The notes: generated by a model from the sequence alone, not told the origin. Counted from the stretch's first letter, positions 1-9,761 are shown. The stretch: 64,000 nucleotides of DNA from Candidatus Bathyarchaeota archaeon (GCA_963782525.1 CAWAKC010000007.1:32001-96000), one strand, 5' to 3'. Numbers and translations: made by a program.

Positions 1-862
1 AGTAGATGTCGTGTTGTGGATAGGGTGAAAGTGCATCTGTGCCTTCCGGTATCATGCGTGTCTTGGAGACGTGTTCAGTGACTTTTTCTCCGGGAAGGTG
101 ACCGCCTATTCCGGGTTTTGCGCCTTGCCCAATCTTGATTTCGACTGCGGCACCTGCATTGAGGTACTCGCTGTGGACGCCGAATCTGCCAGAAGCAACC
201 TGCACTATTGTGTGAGCGCCGTACTTGTAGAGGCTCTTGTCTAAGCCGCCTTCGCCTGTGTTCCAGTAAGTTCCGCACTCAGTGGCTGCACGAGCTAACG
301 ATTCATGCACGTTTAGGCTGATGGCGCCATAGGACATGGCAGAGAACATTATTGGGGTATCCAAGCAGAGTTGTGGAGTCAGTTGAGTTTTAAGGACAGC
401 TTCGCCGTTTTCCACTGCCAAATCTATTCTGTCAGGTTTTGCGCCAAGATACGTACGGATTTCCATTGGTTCTCTTAGTGGGTCGATTGAGGGGTTGGTG
501 ACTTGGCTTGCGTTTAGGAGCAATCTGTCCCAGTAGGTGTATTCGGGTTTGTCGCAGCCCATACCAGTTAAGATGACGCCCCCGCTTTCCGCTTGCCGTT
601 TCAAGTCGCGGATTGCTTCCATTTTCCAGTTGGCGTTTTCTCTGCTGACGTTCAGGTTCTTCTTTATGGTTAATGCGTGAGTTGGACAGAAGGTTACGCA
701 TCGCTGGCAGTTAACGCAGTTCTCATCTTTGCTGCAAACAGTGTCAGTTTCGGCATCGTAGAAATGGGTGTCGTATGTGCACTGGTTAACGCAGACTTTG
801 CAGCGTATGCAACGTTTCTCGTCTCGTTCAACTATGTATTCTGGTTGGACGTAGGTTTTCAT
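1..862 (-). CDS. gltB: Glutamate synthase FMN-binding subunit (archaeal GltB domain 2) with N-terminal 2x[4Fe-4S] ferredoxin; truncated by window start
   Basis: Not in the ORF track. Hand translation from ATG 862: MKTYVQPEYIVERDEKRCIRCKVCVNQC...CVNCQRCVTFCP...SAMSYGAIS...NTGEGG...QVASGRFGV...EIKIGQGAKPGIGGHLPGEKV. Confidence 0.93.
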   Translation of the reverse strand, partial: MKTYVQPEYIVERDEKRCIRCKVCVNQCTYDTHFYDAETDTVCSKDENCVNCQRCVTFCPTHALTIKKNLNVSRENANWKMEAIRDLKRQAESGGVILTGMGCDKPEYTYWDRLLLNASQVTNPSIDPLREPMEIRTYLGAKPDRIDLAVENGEAVLKTQLTPQLCLDTPIMFSAMSYGAISLNVHESLARAATECGTYWNTGEGGLDKSLYKYGAHTIVQVASGRFGVHSEYLNAGAAVEIKIGQGAKPGIGGHLPGEKVTEHVSKTRMIPEGTDALSPYPQHDIY

Positions 863-863
863 T

Positions 864-1979
864 TTAGAGCTCTCCTGTGAGCATGTTTTTTAGTCTGCAT
901 ACAACGGGTTCTCCGCCGCGGGGCGCCCAAAACTTGTCAAGCCGGGGCGAGACTAGCCGCATTGCCGCTTCCTCAGATGAAATGTACTGGAAGTCGCCAC
1001 GTATACCTGCAACCATCGGACGCAGTTTAATACGGTCGCATAAACCGATCATTTCGCCATGATGGGCTATGACGATGCCGAATGGTCCGTTCATGAGTAG
1101 GCTGCCGTAGGTTTGGCGTAGTGTCCGTAGCAAAGTTGCCTGTTTAGGCTCCATACTGTCGATTTCGTTCCACATCGGCGCAGCTAAGATTTGGGCTACC
1201 AAGTTTATGGGCAGGTGCTGTCTTCGCATAAGCAAATCCACCGCGTAAGCTAACACTTCAGTATCGGTTTGCATGGTGCATTTGTAACCGTACATCTCTA
1301 GGAAACGGCGGTTTATGCCGTAAGATGAGAGTTCACCGTTGTGTACTACTGTCCAGTCTAGGATGTTGAATGGGTGTGCTCCGCCCCACCAGCCGGGGGT
1401 GTTTGTTGGGAATCGGCTGTGGCATGACCACAAATAGCCCTGGTAGTCTTCTAAACAGAAGAAGTCTGCTACGTCCTCTGGGAAACCGACGCCTTTGAAG
1501 ACGCCCATGTCTTTGCCGCTTGAAAAGACAAAGGCTTTGCCTGTTTCAGTGTTGATGCGCATGATGGCTTCTATGACGTAGTCTTCTTCTGTTCGGTTTT
1601 CAGGTCGATGTTTTTTGGGTTCAACAAAGTACCGCCAAACCAGCGGTGGGTCACGAACGTCGGCTGGTTTTGTCTGCATTTCTTCATCGTATGCTATGTC
1701 GAATTTTGAAGCAAGTATATGGTCGGTTTTTTCTTTAGCGTCTTTGCTTAGGTACATGACGTGGAATGCGTAGTAGTCTTTGAAGTCGGGGTAGATACCA
1801 TAGACCGCAAAGCCGCCGCCTAAGCCGTTGCCGCGGTCATGCATATTTGCCATGGCGCGCACAGGGTCTTTGCTGCCGAAGCGGTTGCCTTCTGTGTTTA
1901 TCGCTGCAAAGATTCCGCAGGCTGCAAAATCTTTGTCGTCGCCGTAGGGGTTGATTATTTTTCTGTCGTTTTGGTCCAT
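864..1979 (-). CDS. Class II glutamine amidotransferase (glutamate synthase domain 1)
   Basis: CGIFA N-terminal nucleophile, DRGNGLGGG, HSRFPTNT, GAHPF, VHNGE and TDTE motifs; abuts gltB. Confidence 0.9.
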   Translation of the reverse strand: MDQNDRKIINPYGDDKDFAACGIFAAINTEGNRFGSKDPVRAMANMHDRGNGLGGGFAVYGIYPDFKDYYAFHVMYLSKDAKEKTDHILASKFDIAYDEEMQTKPADVRDPPLVWRYFVEPKKHRPENRTEEDYVIEAIMRINTETGKAFVFSSGKDMGVFKGVGFPEDVADFFCLEDYQGYLWSCHSRFPTNTPGWWGGAHPFNILDWTVVHNGELSSYGINRRFLEMYGYKCTMQTDTEVLAYAVDLLMRRQHLPINLVAQILAAPMWNEIDSMEPKQATLLRTLRQTYGSLLMNGPFGIVIAHHGEMIGLCDRIKLRPMVAGIRGDFQYISSEEAAMRLVSPRLDKFWAPRGGEPVVCRLKNMLTGEL

Positions 1980-3259
1980 TATTGTACCACACTCATTTTT
2001 CTTTGAAGAGTAACGGGCAAGACTGCTAAGCCGAAGTCGTCTCTTAGTAGGTCTTGCTTGAATTTCTTCACGTTCACTTGGGTTTTCATCAGGTTGAATA
2101 GGATTCCAGCGCGGTCGATGCAGTTGACCAAGGTCATTCCGACGATGACGTTGTTTTTGAGGACCACTTTCTTGTACACGTTGTTCTGAAGATCTTGTTT
2201 TACGAGGATTTCCAGTGTTGGGTCTTCTTTGGGGTTTGCCATGCCGATGGAGACGATGGGTATGCCGAAGTACTTGAGGCTGCTCATGTTGGTTCCGCCC
2301 TCATAGGTGGCTTTTGCACCCGCCATGTTGGAACCTGCAACTCTACCCTCCAAAACCGCCAGAGGCCAGAGTGGCAAGAGCCGGTTCTGGTTAAGGATGA
2401 AATCGAAGGTTTCTGCAACATCGCCGCTGGCGTAAACGTCGGGTACCGTGGTTTGCATGTAGTTGTCAACCACTATACCTCGGTTAAGTTTCACTGCGGT
2501 TCCCGCTACGAGTTCGGTTCTTGGGATAACTCCGATGGCTACGATGACTAAGTCACAGGGCACTTGGTCGCCTTTGGTCAGGATAACTCCGCCGACTGTA
2601 CCGTCGTTTTCTGACCGGCCAAGGATTTTCTGCACTGATTGCCCAGTGGCAAAGTTGACGCCTGCTTTTCTGATGATGGCTTCAACAATGTCAGAGGCTT
2701 TAGCATCTAACAGTAAGCTCAGGATTTTTTCTTGCAGTTCCACGACAGTGACTTTTAACCCTTTTTTGACTAGGGCCTCGGTTACGCTTATACCAATCAA
2801 TCCTGCGCCGATGACGACTGCGCTTTTGGCGTGGATACTGTCGATTTTTGCTGCTAACCGCTGGGCGTCGGAGAGGTTTGTGAAGGTGAATACACCGTCT
2901 TTTTCTTGTCCTTCCATTTTGGGCACGAAGGGTTTGCCGCCTGTTGCAAGCAAAAGTTTTTCGTAGGCTACTTTTTCGCCGTCGTCTAAGTTGACGGTTT
3001 TCTCGGTCAAGTTTAGGCTGATGGCTTTTTTGCCGATACGTGCTTCAGCATTGTTTGTTTTCCAGAAGTCGTCGGTTTTACACTTCATCTTTTGGACGTC
3101 GGCTTTACCGCTGACTAAATCACTAATCATTGGGCGACTGTAGTGAGCGCAGGCTTCTTCAGTGATTACCACAATGTCGCCTACTTGGTCTACTTTTCGA
3201 ATAGCCTCAACTGCGGCTATGCCTGCTGCAGAAGCGCCAACGATAACGTACTTTGCCAT
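1979..3259 (-). CDS. FAD/NAD(P)-dependent pyridine nucleotide-disulfide oxidoreductase (NirB/Nox-like)
   Basis: VIVGASAAG, LLLATGG, VIGAGLIG and TTVPDVYASGD motifs. Confidence 0.88.
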   Translation of the reverse strand: MAKYVIVGASAAGIAAVEAIRKVDQVGDIVVITEEACAHYSRPMISDLVSGKADVQKMKCKTDDFWKTNNAEARIGKKAISLNLTEKTVNLDDGEKVAYEKLLLATGGKPFVPKMEGQEKDGVFTFTNLSDAQRLAAKIDSIHAKSAVVIGAGLIGISVTEALVKKGLKVTVVELQEKILSLLLDAKASDIVEAIIRKAGVNFATGQSVQKILGRSENDGTVGGVILTKGDQVPCDLVIVAIGVIPRTELVAGTAVKLNRGIVVDNYMQTTVPDVYASGDVAETFDFILNQNRLLPLWPLAVLEGRVAGSNMAGAKATYEGGTNMSSLKYFGIPIVSIGMANPKEDPTLEILVKQDLQNNVYKKVVLKNNVIVGMTLVNCIDRAGILFNLMKTQVNVKKFKQDLLRDDFGLAVLPVTLQRKMSVVQ

Positions 3260-3702
3260 TACGGTTTAACCTCCTTAAACACCAACGCCTGGTTGGGACA
3301 GTTGGCTACACATGCGGGTTCAGCTAAGCCCTGGCAAAGGTCGCATTTCGCGACTACATGGCCTTCTTTATCCATGATTAACGCGCCGTAGGGGCAAACC
3401 ATGACACATGTCCAACAGCCTATGCATTTGTCTTTGTTGTGGGTGACTTCGCCTGTTTTCTGGTCTTTTTGCATGGCGCCTGATAGGCAGGCGGTTACGC
3501 AGGGTGCGTCTTCGCAGTGGCGGCATTGAATTGCAAACGAGACGGGTTTGTTTACTTCGCGTCTGATTCTGGCGATGGGTTTGGGGCGTTCGCTATTGTA
3601 GGCTTTGATGATGTCTTTGGATTTTGAATGCGCAGTGGTGCAGTAGACTTCGCAGAGTCCGCAGCCCATGCATGCTTCTTGGTTTGCGATTATTTTCTTC
3701 AT
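3259..3702 (-). CDS. 4Fe-4S dicluster protein (HycB/CooF/DmsB-like)
   Basis: CMGCGLCEVYC, CRHCEDAPCVTAC, CIGCWTCVMVCP, KCDLC...PACVANCP. Confidence 0.9.
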   Translation of the reverse strand: MKKIIANQEACMGCGLCEVYCTTAHSKSKDIIKAYNSERPKPIARIRREVNKPVSFAIQCRHCEDAPCVTACLSGAMQKDQKTGEVTHNKDKCIGCWTCVMVCPYGALIMDKEGHVVAKCDLCQGLAEPACVANCPNQALVFKEVKP

Positions 3703-3967
3703 CTTAATCTCTCTCCATTAAGGTTAGCGTGGACAAGTAAGCATCTGCACATGGAGTTCAATGTCATTTGTGCATAGAATGCTCTTGCTTGTGATTGCTT
3801 GATTACCGTTTTTGATTACTATTTTGCAACTGTTAAGCGGCATTTTTTTTCTCTCTTTTTTGGGAGTGCCCTTTCAATAGCATGTATTCTATATAACTTT
3901 GTTGATAATCATTTATATGTAACGCAAGGAAATATGTAATCTAAATGAAACATTTACCAATAGGTGT

Positions 3968-5077
3968 ATGTTAATGGCTGAAAAAGACCTCGGATACAGG
4001 CGCGTCCAATGCACAGGCAGAGGATCTTACATAATATCCCTACCAAAAGAGTGGGTAGAAGACTCAGGTTTGAACAGAGGCAGCGAAATCGCATTCAATA
4101 TCCAACCCGACTCAACCCTCACACTAGTTCCTAGAAAAATCATGGAGAAAGAAGGCAGAGAAAACGGCTCCAAACCCAAAGAATATTACATAAACATCGA
4201 CCCCAAAGAACCCCCGCAGTCCACAATACGCATGATACGTGCACTCTACGCCATAGGCGCCGACATCATACGGGTCCACTTCAAAAACACGACAGATGCC
4301 ACCAAAAACAAAAATGACATAAAAAACCTCGCTCGCGACAACTTTTTGGGCTCAGAAATAATCGATGAAACCCCTGACGAAATCACCATGCAAATTCTTA
4401 TTAAACACTCCGAGTTCCCGCTCGAAAAAGCAGTGCGCCGCATGGCAATCGTAGCGTTAGCCGCAAACCGCGACGCCATAGCAGCCTTAAAAGACCGTAG
4501 CACAACTCTCTTTGACAGCGTAATCAGTGCCCACAACGACGTCAACCGATTGGGACTCTACATCGTTCGCCAACTCAAACATGGCATAGAACGCAACCTC
4601 TACCGTGAACTCGGTTTCCGAACCCCCAAAGAATTCTTGCTCTACCGCATAGCTGTTAATGACGTAGAAAGCATCGCCCAAAACGCCATGAATATAATAA
4701 ATAACTTAGGCGCACTCCAAAAATTAATCGACAGCGAAACCCTATTCGTCAAAGACCCGATAGACGAAGAAATCTACAACCAACTTGTCTACTTCAGCAT
4801 CCAAGCCCACCAACTCTACGACGACTCCATCAAAGCCCTCTTCAAACGCGACTACAAGGACGCAGAAAAATTAATTTCCAAGCGCGAAGCTCTAATCCCC
4901 CTCGAAAATGAGTTAATCATGCTTATGTCAAGCAAAAAACTCGACCCCAACATCGCCTCAGTCCTCCGTTTAATCTTTGACAGCTCCAGGCGCATCATGG
5001 ACTACAGCCGCAACATGGCAGAACTAACACTCAACCGCACAGTCGAAGAACTCTGCTCCACACTCACATCCAAATAA
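3968..5077 (+). CDS. AbrB-domain / PhoU-repeat transcriptional regulator
   Basis: N-terminal RRVQCTGRGSYIISLPKEW (AbrB/SpoVT-like) followed by PhoU-type helical repeats. Confidence 0.85.
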   Translation: MLMAEKDLGYRRVQCTGRGSYIISLPKEWVEDSGLNRGSEIAFNIQPDSTLTLVPRKIMEKEGRENGSKPKEYYINIDPKEPPQSTIRMIRALYAIGADIIRVHFKNTTDATKNKNDIKNLARDNFLGSEIIDETPDEITMQILIKHSEFPLEKAVRRMAIVALAANRDAIAALKDRSTTLFDSVISAHNDVNRLGLYIVRQLKHGIERNLYRELGFRTPKEFLLYRIAVNDVESIAQNAMNIINNLGALQKLIDSETLFVKDPIDEEIYNQLVYFSIQAHQLYDDSIKALFKRDYKDAEKLISKREALIPLENELIMLMSSKKLDPNIASVLRLIFDSSRRIMDYSRNMAELTLNRTVEELCSTLTSK

Positions 5078-5095
5078 TTAATTTTTGAGAAAGAG

Positions 5096-5170
5096 TGCTC
5101 CGGCCGGGATTTGGACCCGGGTCGCCGACTCGAGAGGCCGGCATACTTGACCGGACTATACTACCGGAGC
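5096..5170 (-). tRNA. tRNA-Glu (CTC), intronless, CCA not encoded
   Basis: Reverse complement GCTCCGGTAGTATAGTCCGGTCAAGTATGCCGGCCTCTCGAGTCGGCGACCCGGGTCCAAATCCCGGCCGGAGCA folds as a cloverleaf with anticodon CTC. Confidence 0.93.
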
Positions 5171-5232
5171 TCGGAACAAAAGGTTCTCTAATAGAAATAA
5201 ATAGGTTTTGTGCCTCAAACTTACTTAGCATT

Positions 5233-6198
5233 CTAGAACCTGAGCCTTTTCATCCAGCTCTGCCGCGGCTGATTTTTCAGTGTGTTTTTTGGAAGCAGTC
5301 GGTAGGACGCATAGAACGCTACACCTATAACGATGAACGTAACGATTGTAGGTAAGTACGAGGGCAACTCTAAACCAAAGCTTTCAACCAGCATAAAAAT
5401 TCCAAGAAAACCGATTGAAGTTAAAGCGCCGTTCTTGAGATACTTATATTTGCTGATAGTATCGATTCCTTTTATGGTTAATTCTCTTACTACAAGAGCG
5501 CCGATGCCTAACCCTATAAGAATCAACAGCAGGTTTATAGTGAAAGCAAATGCGCCGACGACGCCGTCAAAACTAAATGTTGTATCTAAAACTTCAAGGT
5601 AAACGAACTTTGAAAGGTCACTTAGGCTGCCGCCGCCACCTAATAACCGCTCCTCGTTTTTTTCTGCAGTTTCCTTTAACCCATAGACTAAGAAGAAAGT
5701 GGCACTGCCAATTGCTGCTGCCAACATCATTGTGGAATTAGCCCTTGCAAGGTACAACACAACTACCAACATCAGACTGGCGACAGCGAAGAACCAGACG
5801 CCGTACTTTTCCTTTAAGAACCTCTCCACGTAGAGCGGGTCTTTTTTCTCGAGGAACAACCAGTGGAAGTATAGGAGTAACAGGAATATTCCTCCGAAGA
5901 CAAGAATTACTGGCTTTTGAATTTCGATAGCTTGCGCAGCAATAGTGCTTTGTCCCGAGAAAGCAAGGAACATTTCGGGGAGGCTTATAGTTGGAACAGA
6001 AATCCAAACTATGATTAGCGGCAGAATAAACCTTACCAGAAACACAGACGTTACAATTCCGATTAAGAGGAATCGCTTGCGCCACAACATGCTCATCGTC
6101 TTCAGGACTGTGGCGTTCACTACAGCGTTGTCTACGCTATTGACAACTTCGAATACCACCAAACCCAGAACAATCGCTATAGACTCTAATAGTGACAC
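5233..6198 (-). CDS. DUF475 / TerC-like integral membrane protein
   Basis: FEVVNSVDNAVVNA and YLEVLDTTFSFDGVVGAFA motifs; multiple TM segments; GTG start. Confidence 0.8.
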   Translation of the reverse strand: MSLLESIAIVLGLVVFEVVNSVDNAVVNATVLKTMSMLWRKRFLLIGIVTSVFLVRFILPLIIVWISVPTISLPEMFLAFSGQSTIAAQAIEIQKPVILVFGGIFLLLLYFHWLFLEKKDPLYVERFLKEKYGVWFFAVASLMLVVVLYLARANSTMMLAAAIGSATFFLVYGLKETAEKNEERLLGGGGSLSDLSKFVYLEVLDTTFSFDGVVGAFAFTINLLLILIGLGIGALVVRELTIKGIDTISKYKYLKNGALTSIGFLGIFMLVESFGLELPSYLPTIVTFIVIGVAFYASYRLLPKNTLKNQPRQSWMKRLRF

Positions 6199-6456
6199 GA
6201 TTCAAGCACGTGCCAATTTATGGTGTTAGTGTATAAAACGGTTTTTGATAAACAAGCCCTTGTTTAGATATCGATAAACTATAACCCACAAGCATTTGAT
6301 TCTATTTTTTGAAAAAGAGATTTGCATTTAAGTCGTTCTCTATCTTTTTGGATCCTAAGATGTCCATGTTGGATTAAACCATAGCCATTAAAATGTTAGA
6401 ACAGAGTGCTTTTCGTCAAAATTACTAAAATTAAAAAAGAAGTTATTTGGGGAAGT

Positions 6457-8106
6457 TTATTCTTCGCCCATGCCGCCCGGCATTCCGCCTGGGCCACCTG
6501 GACCGCCTTTCGGCGCCTTGGAGGTGATAACGTCGTCGATGCGTAGTATCATGGCTGCTGATTCTGCTGCGGATTTGATGGCTTGTTCTTTGACAACGAT
6601 TGGTTCGATAACGCCGTTTGCGATGCTGTCTTGGAGTTTGCCTGTGAATACGTTGATTCCCATGAATTTGCCGGTTTCTTTGTCATGTACTTGTCGCAAT
6701 TCAACGAGTATGTCGATTGGCTCTAAGCCTGCGTTCTCTGCGAGCGTGCGTGGGATGACTTCTACTGCGTCTGCGAATGCTTCAACTGCGAGTTGTTCGC
6801 GTCCGCCGACTTTCGTTGCGTATTTGCGTAGTTCTTTTGCGATTTCAATTTCTACTGCTCCGCCGCCTGCGACGATTTTGTTGTTTTCTAAAACGTCTGA
6901 GACTACTGAGAGTGAATCGGTCATGGCTCTTTCGGCTTCGTCAACGAGGCGTTCGAGTCCTGCTCTGATGAGGATTGCTACGCTGTGAGGGTCTTTGCAT
7001 TTTTCGACGAAGATCATTTTGTCGTCGCCGATCTTGCGTTCTTCAATGTGTCCTGCAAAGCCAAGGTCTGCTTTCTTGAGGTCATCTAAGTCACTTACTA
7101 TTCTTCCGCCTGTGGCTCTTGCGAGTTTCTCCATGTCTGATTCTTTTACACGTCTTGCCGCCATTATACCTGCTTTAGACAAGAAGTGCTGAACCATGTC
7201 ATCGATACCTTTTTGGCAGAAGACTACGTCTGCGCCAGAGGCTTTAACTTTGGTAACCATATCTTGCATCATGTCGTTTTCTTGGTCTAAGAATGCTTTC
7301 ATCTGTGAGGGGTCTTTAATGCGGATTTCTGCGGTTATTTCTGTTTTTTCGATTTCTAAGGCTGAATCTAACAATGCGACCTTGGCATTTTCTTTAATTT
7401 TTGGCATGCCTGGGCTTACGACTTCTTTGTCGATGATTATGCCTTGGATTAATTGTGTTTCAAGGAGACTTTTGCCTGTTTTCTTGACGAGTTGAATGTT
7501 GTCTATGTCAGCGATTGTTTTGTCTCCACGTTGTTCAGAGATTTGTGTAACTGCATCTATGGATATTTCTGCTAAGTGTTCTCTTGCTGAACCCAGTGAT
7601 TTGCTGCTCATTGAGGTTAATGCGACTTTAAGGAGTGTTTTGCGGTCTTTGATGTCTAATGGCACGGCCATTTTTCCAATGGCTTCAATAGCTTTGACTG
7701 AGGCTTTGCGGTAGCCACTTACTAGAATGGTTGGGTGAATGTTTTGGTCGAGAAGTTCTTCGGCTTTTCTGAGTAATTCGCTTGCGAGAACTACTGCGGA
7801 GGTTGTTCCGTCGCCTACCATGTCATCTTGGGTTTTGGCGATTTCAACCATCATTTTTGCCGCTGGATGTTCAACGTCGATTTCTTTGAGGATGGCTGCG
7901 CCGTCGTTGGTGATTGTGATGTCTCCTAGGCTGTCGATGAGCATTTTATCCATGCCTCGCGGGCCTAAGGTTGTTTTCAGCACCTCGCCGATTACGCGGG
8001 CTGCCATGATGTTGTTTCTTTGGGCTTCTTTGCCTCTGCTTCTTGTTGTTCCTTCTTTAAGGATGAGGACTGGTTGTCCTGAACCTGTTGTTGTTAAATA
8101 CGCCAT
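6457..8106 (-). CDS. ths: Thermosome (group II chaperonin) subunit
   Basis: TTLGPRGMDKML, TNDGAAIL, GDGTTS motifs; GGM-rich tail. Confidence 0.97.
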   Translation of the reverse strand: MAYLTTTGSGQPVLILKEGTTRSRGKEAQRNNIMAARVIGEVLKTTLGPRGMDKMLIDSLGDITITNDGAAILKEIDVEHPAAKMMVEIAKTQDDMVGDGTTSAVVLASELLRKAEELLDQNIHPTILVSGYRKASVKAIEAIGKMAVPLDIKDRKTLLKVALTSMSSKSLGSAREHLAEISIDAVTQISEQRGDKTIADIDNIQLVKKTGKSLLETQLIQGIIIDKEVVSPGMPKIKENAKVALLDSALEIEKTEITAEIRIKDPSQMKAFLDQENDMMQDMVTKVKASGADVVFCQKGIDDMVQHFLSKAGIMAARRVKESDMEKLARATGGRIVSDLDDLKKADLGFAGHIEERKIGDDKMIFVEKCKDPHSVAILIRAGLERLVDEAERAMTDSLSVVSDVLENNKIVAGGGAVEIEIAKELRKYATKVGGREQLAVEAFADAVEVIPRTLAENAGLEPIDILVELRQVHDKETGKFMGINVFTGKLQDSIANGVIEPIVVKEQAIKSAAESAAMILRIDDVITSKAPKGGPGGPGGMPGGMGEE

Positions 8107-8143
8107 ATTATCATTCCCTGTTTTACTAGAACTTGTTTTGATT

Positions 8144-8180
8144 CGGAAATATGCAAAAACCCTACGGAAATATAAACTTT
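8144..8180 (-). promoter_or_regulatory. Putative thermosome promoter (TATA TTTATA preceded by purine-rich BRE) with a CGGAAATAT direct repeat
   Basis: Minus strand reads GTAAAAGTTTATATTTCCG; CGGAAATAT at 8144-8152 and 8165-8173 on the plus strand. Confidence 0.45.
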
Positions 8181-8307
8181 TACCCTTGCAATGAAGCGGT
8201 CTTTATGATACCAGTTTTAAAGATTGGAAAATTTTGATTGAAACAGTTCAGTTCTCGAAAATCCTTAACATACACAAAGCTAAAAAATCCATCGAAACAA
8301 ACATCGC

Positions 8308-8805
8308 ATGGAGGTCAAAATGCGTCTTCAACCAGCGAATAAATCCAAACGGATCTACGCAGTAATTGCTGCCGCCCTATTGATTGTAACAATCGTAAGC
8401 GTTACCATTTATGTTTTAACCCAACCAGGTCCCACTGGTCCAGGCCCAGTTAAAATCGACATAATAACGGATAAAACTGTTTACTTGCAGGGTGAACAAG
8501 CGCATTTCTCAATATACATTAATAACACCCAGAACTGGAGGATTCCCAAGCCTACTACCATTAGCTTTCAAATAGGAAATTATTCTTCGAAAACAGTTTG
8601 TATTGATTACGTTAATCCTCCCCCGACCTTTCCTGCCCATTCACGAGAATTCTTTTTTGATTATGATTGGAATCAACAAACAGACAATGGCAGCAACAGC
8701 ACACAGGTGGAACCAGGATACTACACGCTTACCGTTACCTTAGAGGGGGCAGTTAATTATGGTGCCCCAGCGAAGTACACTTTCGAAATAAAACCAAACG
8801 TCTAA
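8308..8805 (+). CDS. Hypothetical membrane-anchored protein with probable Ig-like beta-sandwich
   Basis: N-terminal TM helix; TDKTVYLQGE...WNQ...VEPGYYTLTV pattern. Confidence 0.6.
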   Translation: MEVKMRLQPANKSKRIYAVIAAALLIVTIVSVTIYVLTQPGPTGPGPVKIDIITDKTVYLQGEQAHFSIYINNTQNWRIPKPTTISFQIGNYSSKTVCIDYVNPPPTFPAHSREFFFDYDWNQQTDNGSNSTQVEPGYYTLTVTLEGAVNYGAPAKYTFEIKPNV

Positions 8806-8887
8806 AAACCAATTTAACAGAACGCAAACAGGGAAGGCAAAGCAAAAATAACCAGTTCACATTCATTCCATTTCTGTGTGAACTACA

Positions 8888-9415
8888 ATGATTAGCGGCT
8901 TCAACCTTCTAGCAACTACTTCCCGCGGAAACGAACGCCCAATGATCAACGAGATGCTATATCTGCTCAAGGATGAGTTGGGCGACGCCGAAGCCCAAGC
9001 CGCAAAAACTAAAATCCGCGGCTTAATAGTCGCCAAAACCACACTTGACCAATGCATTGTAATAGAAAAATTCCGGACAATCCTCAAAGAACGCCCATAC
9101 GAGTTCCGCTACGCCCTAAGGATACTGCCTATCGAAAAGGTTGTGCCTACAGATTTGGAGGAAATCAAAAAAGCCAGCGCCGAATTAGCATCAAAAATAG
9201 GCGAAAAAGAAACTTTCAGGGTTACAATAGAAAAGCGCTTCACAACCTTACATACAAAAGACCTAATTGAGGCAGCTGTGGGAGAAATTAAAAATAAAGC
9301 CGACCTTGAAAACCCAGATCAAATCTTGCTGGTTGAGGTTCTGGGTGCGTTAACGGGATTGTCGTTGTTGAAACCCACGGATGTTTTAGCGGTTGTTAAA
9401 GAAAAAATGCTCTAA
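8888..9415 (+). CDS. THUMP-domain RNA-binding protein (Tan1-like)
   Basis: FNLLATTSRGNE, LRILPIEKVV, TFRVTIEKR, DLENPDQILLVEV. Confidence 0.85.
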   Translation: MISGFNLLATTSRGNERPMINEMLYLLKDELGDAEAQAAKTKIRGLIVAKTTLDQCIVIEKFRTILKERPYEFRYALRILPIEKVVPTDLEEIKKASAELASKIGEKETFRVTIEKRFTTLHTKDLIEAAVGEIKNKADLENPDQILLVEVLGALTGLSLLKPTDVLAVVKEKML

Positions 9416-9428
9416 CCTTATAGTTGAG

Positions 9429-9612
9429 TTCTTCTTTTTAGAGAAGAAGAATAAATCGACTCCTTCCTAAATAGCAATTTTTTCTTCTTTCAACTTGACT
9501 GAAAGAACAACAACACTATGAATTTTTTATCTGTTGTTGTTATCCCGATCAGGGAAGAAACTGTTTAACGGGTAGAAGAAGATTGCTGAATTGCTACTAC
9601 TTCTTCTTCTTC
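9429..9612. repeat. Cluster of inverted repeats with trinucleotide-repeat arms between convergent genes
   Basis: TTCTTCTT/AAGAAGAA (9429-9451), AACAACAACA/TGTTGTTGTT (9506-9541), AGAAGAAGA/TCTTCTTCT (9574-9610). Confidence 0.55.
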
Positions 9613-9761
9613 TTTTTCTGCTCTTAAAATGGGGTACAGTTGAAGTTCAGACATGATCTTTGTTAATACGTTCTATTGTTAGGTAAAGTTAATTTAGAGC
9701 CTTCGAAATCTCATCAACAACCTCATTTAAAACATGGCAAAGTCTTTCATTGGACTTTTAA

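Noticed and set aside
75-880. Short ORFs 75-278, 432-701 and 677-880 in the ORF track
   Set aside because: Off-frame or antisense shadows of the gltB gene that runs from 862 off the window start.
5095-5355. 86-aa plus-strand ORF
   Set aside because: Antisense to tRNA-Glu and the end of the DUF475 gene; no protein features.
5096-6198. Possible integrated element at tRNA-Glu
   Set aside because: No integrase, no duplicated tRNA 3' end and no mobile genes seen.
6470-8194. Series of long plus-strand ORFs
   Set aside because: Antisense shadows of the thermosome gene; the same applies to most unlisted ORFs opposite conserved genes.
9429-9612. Possible CRISPR or mini-array
   Set aside because: No identical 24-47 bp direct repeats with unique spacers, and no cas genes in the window.
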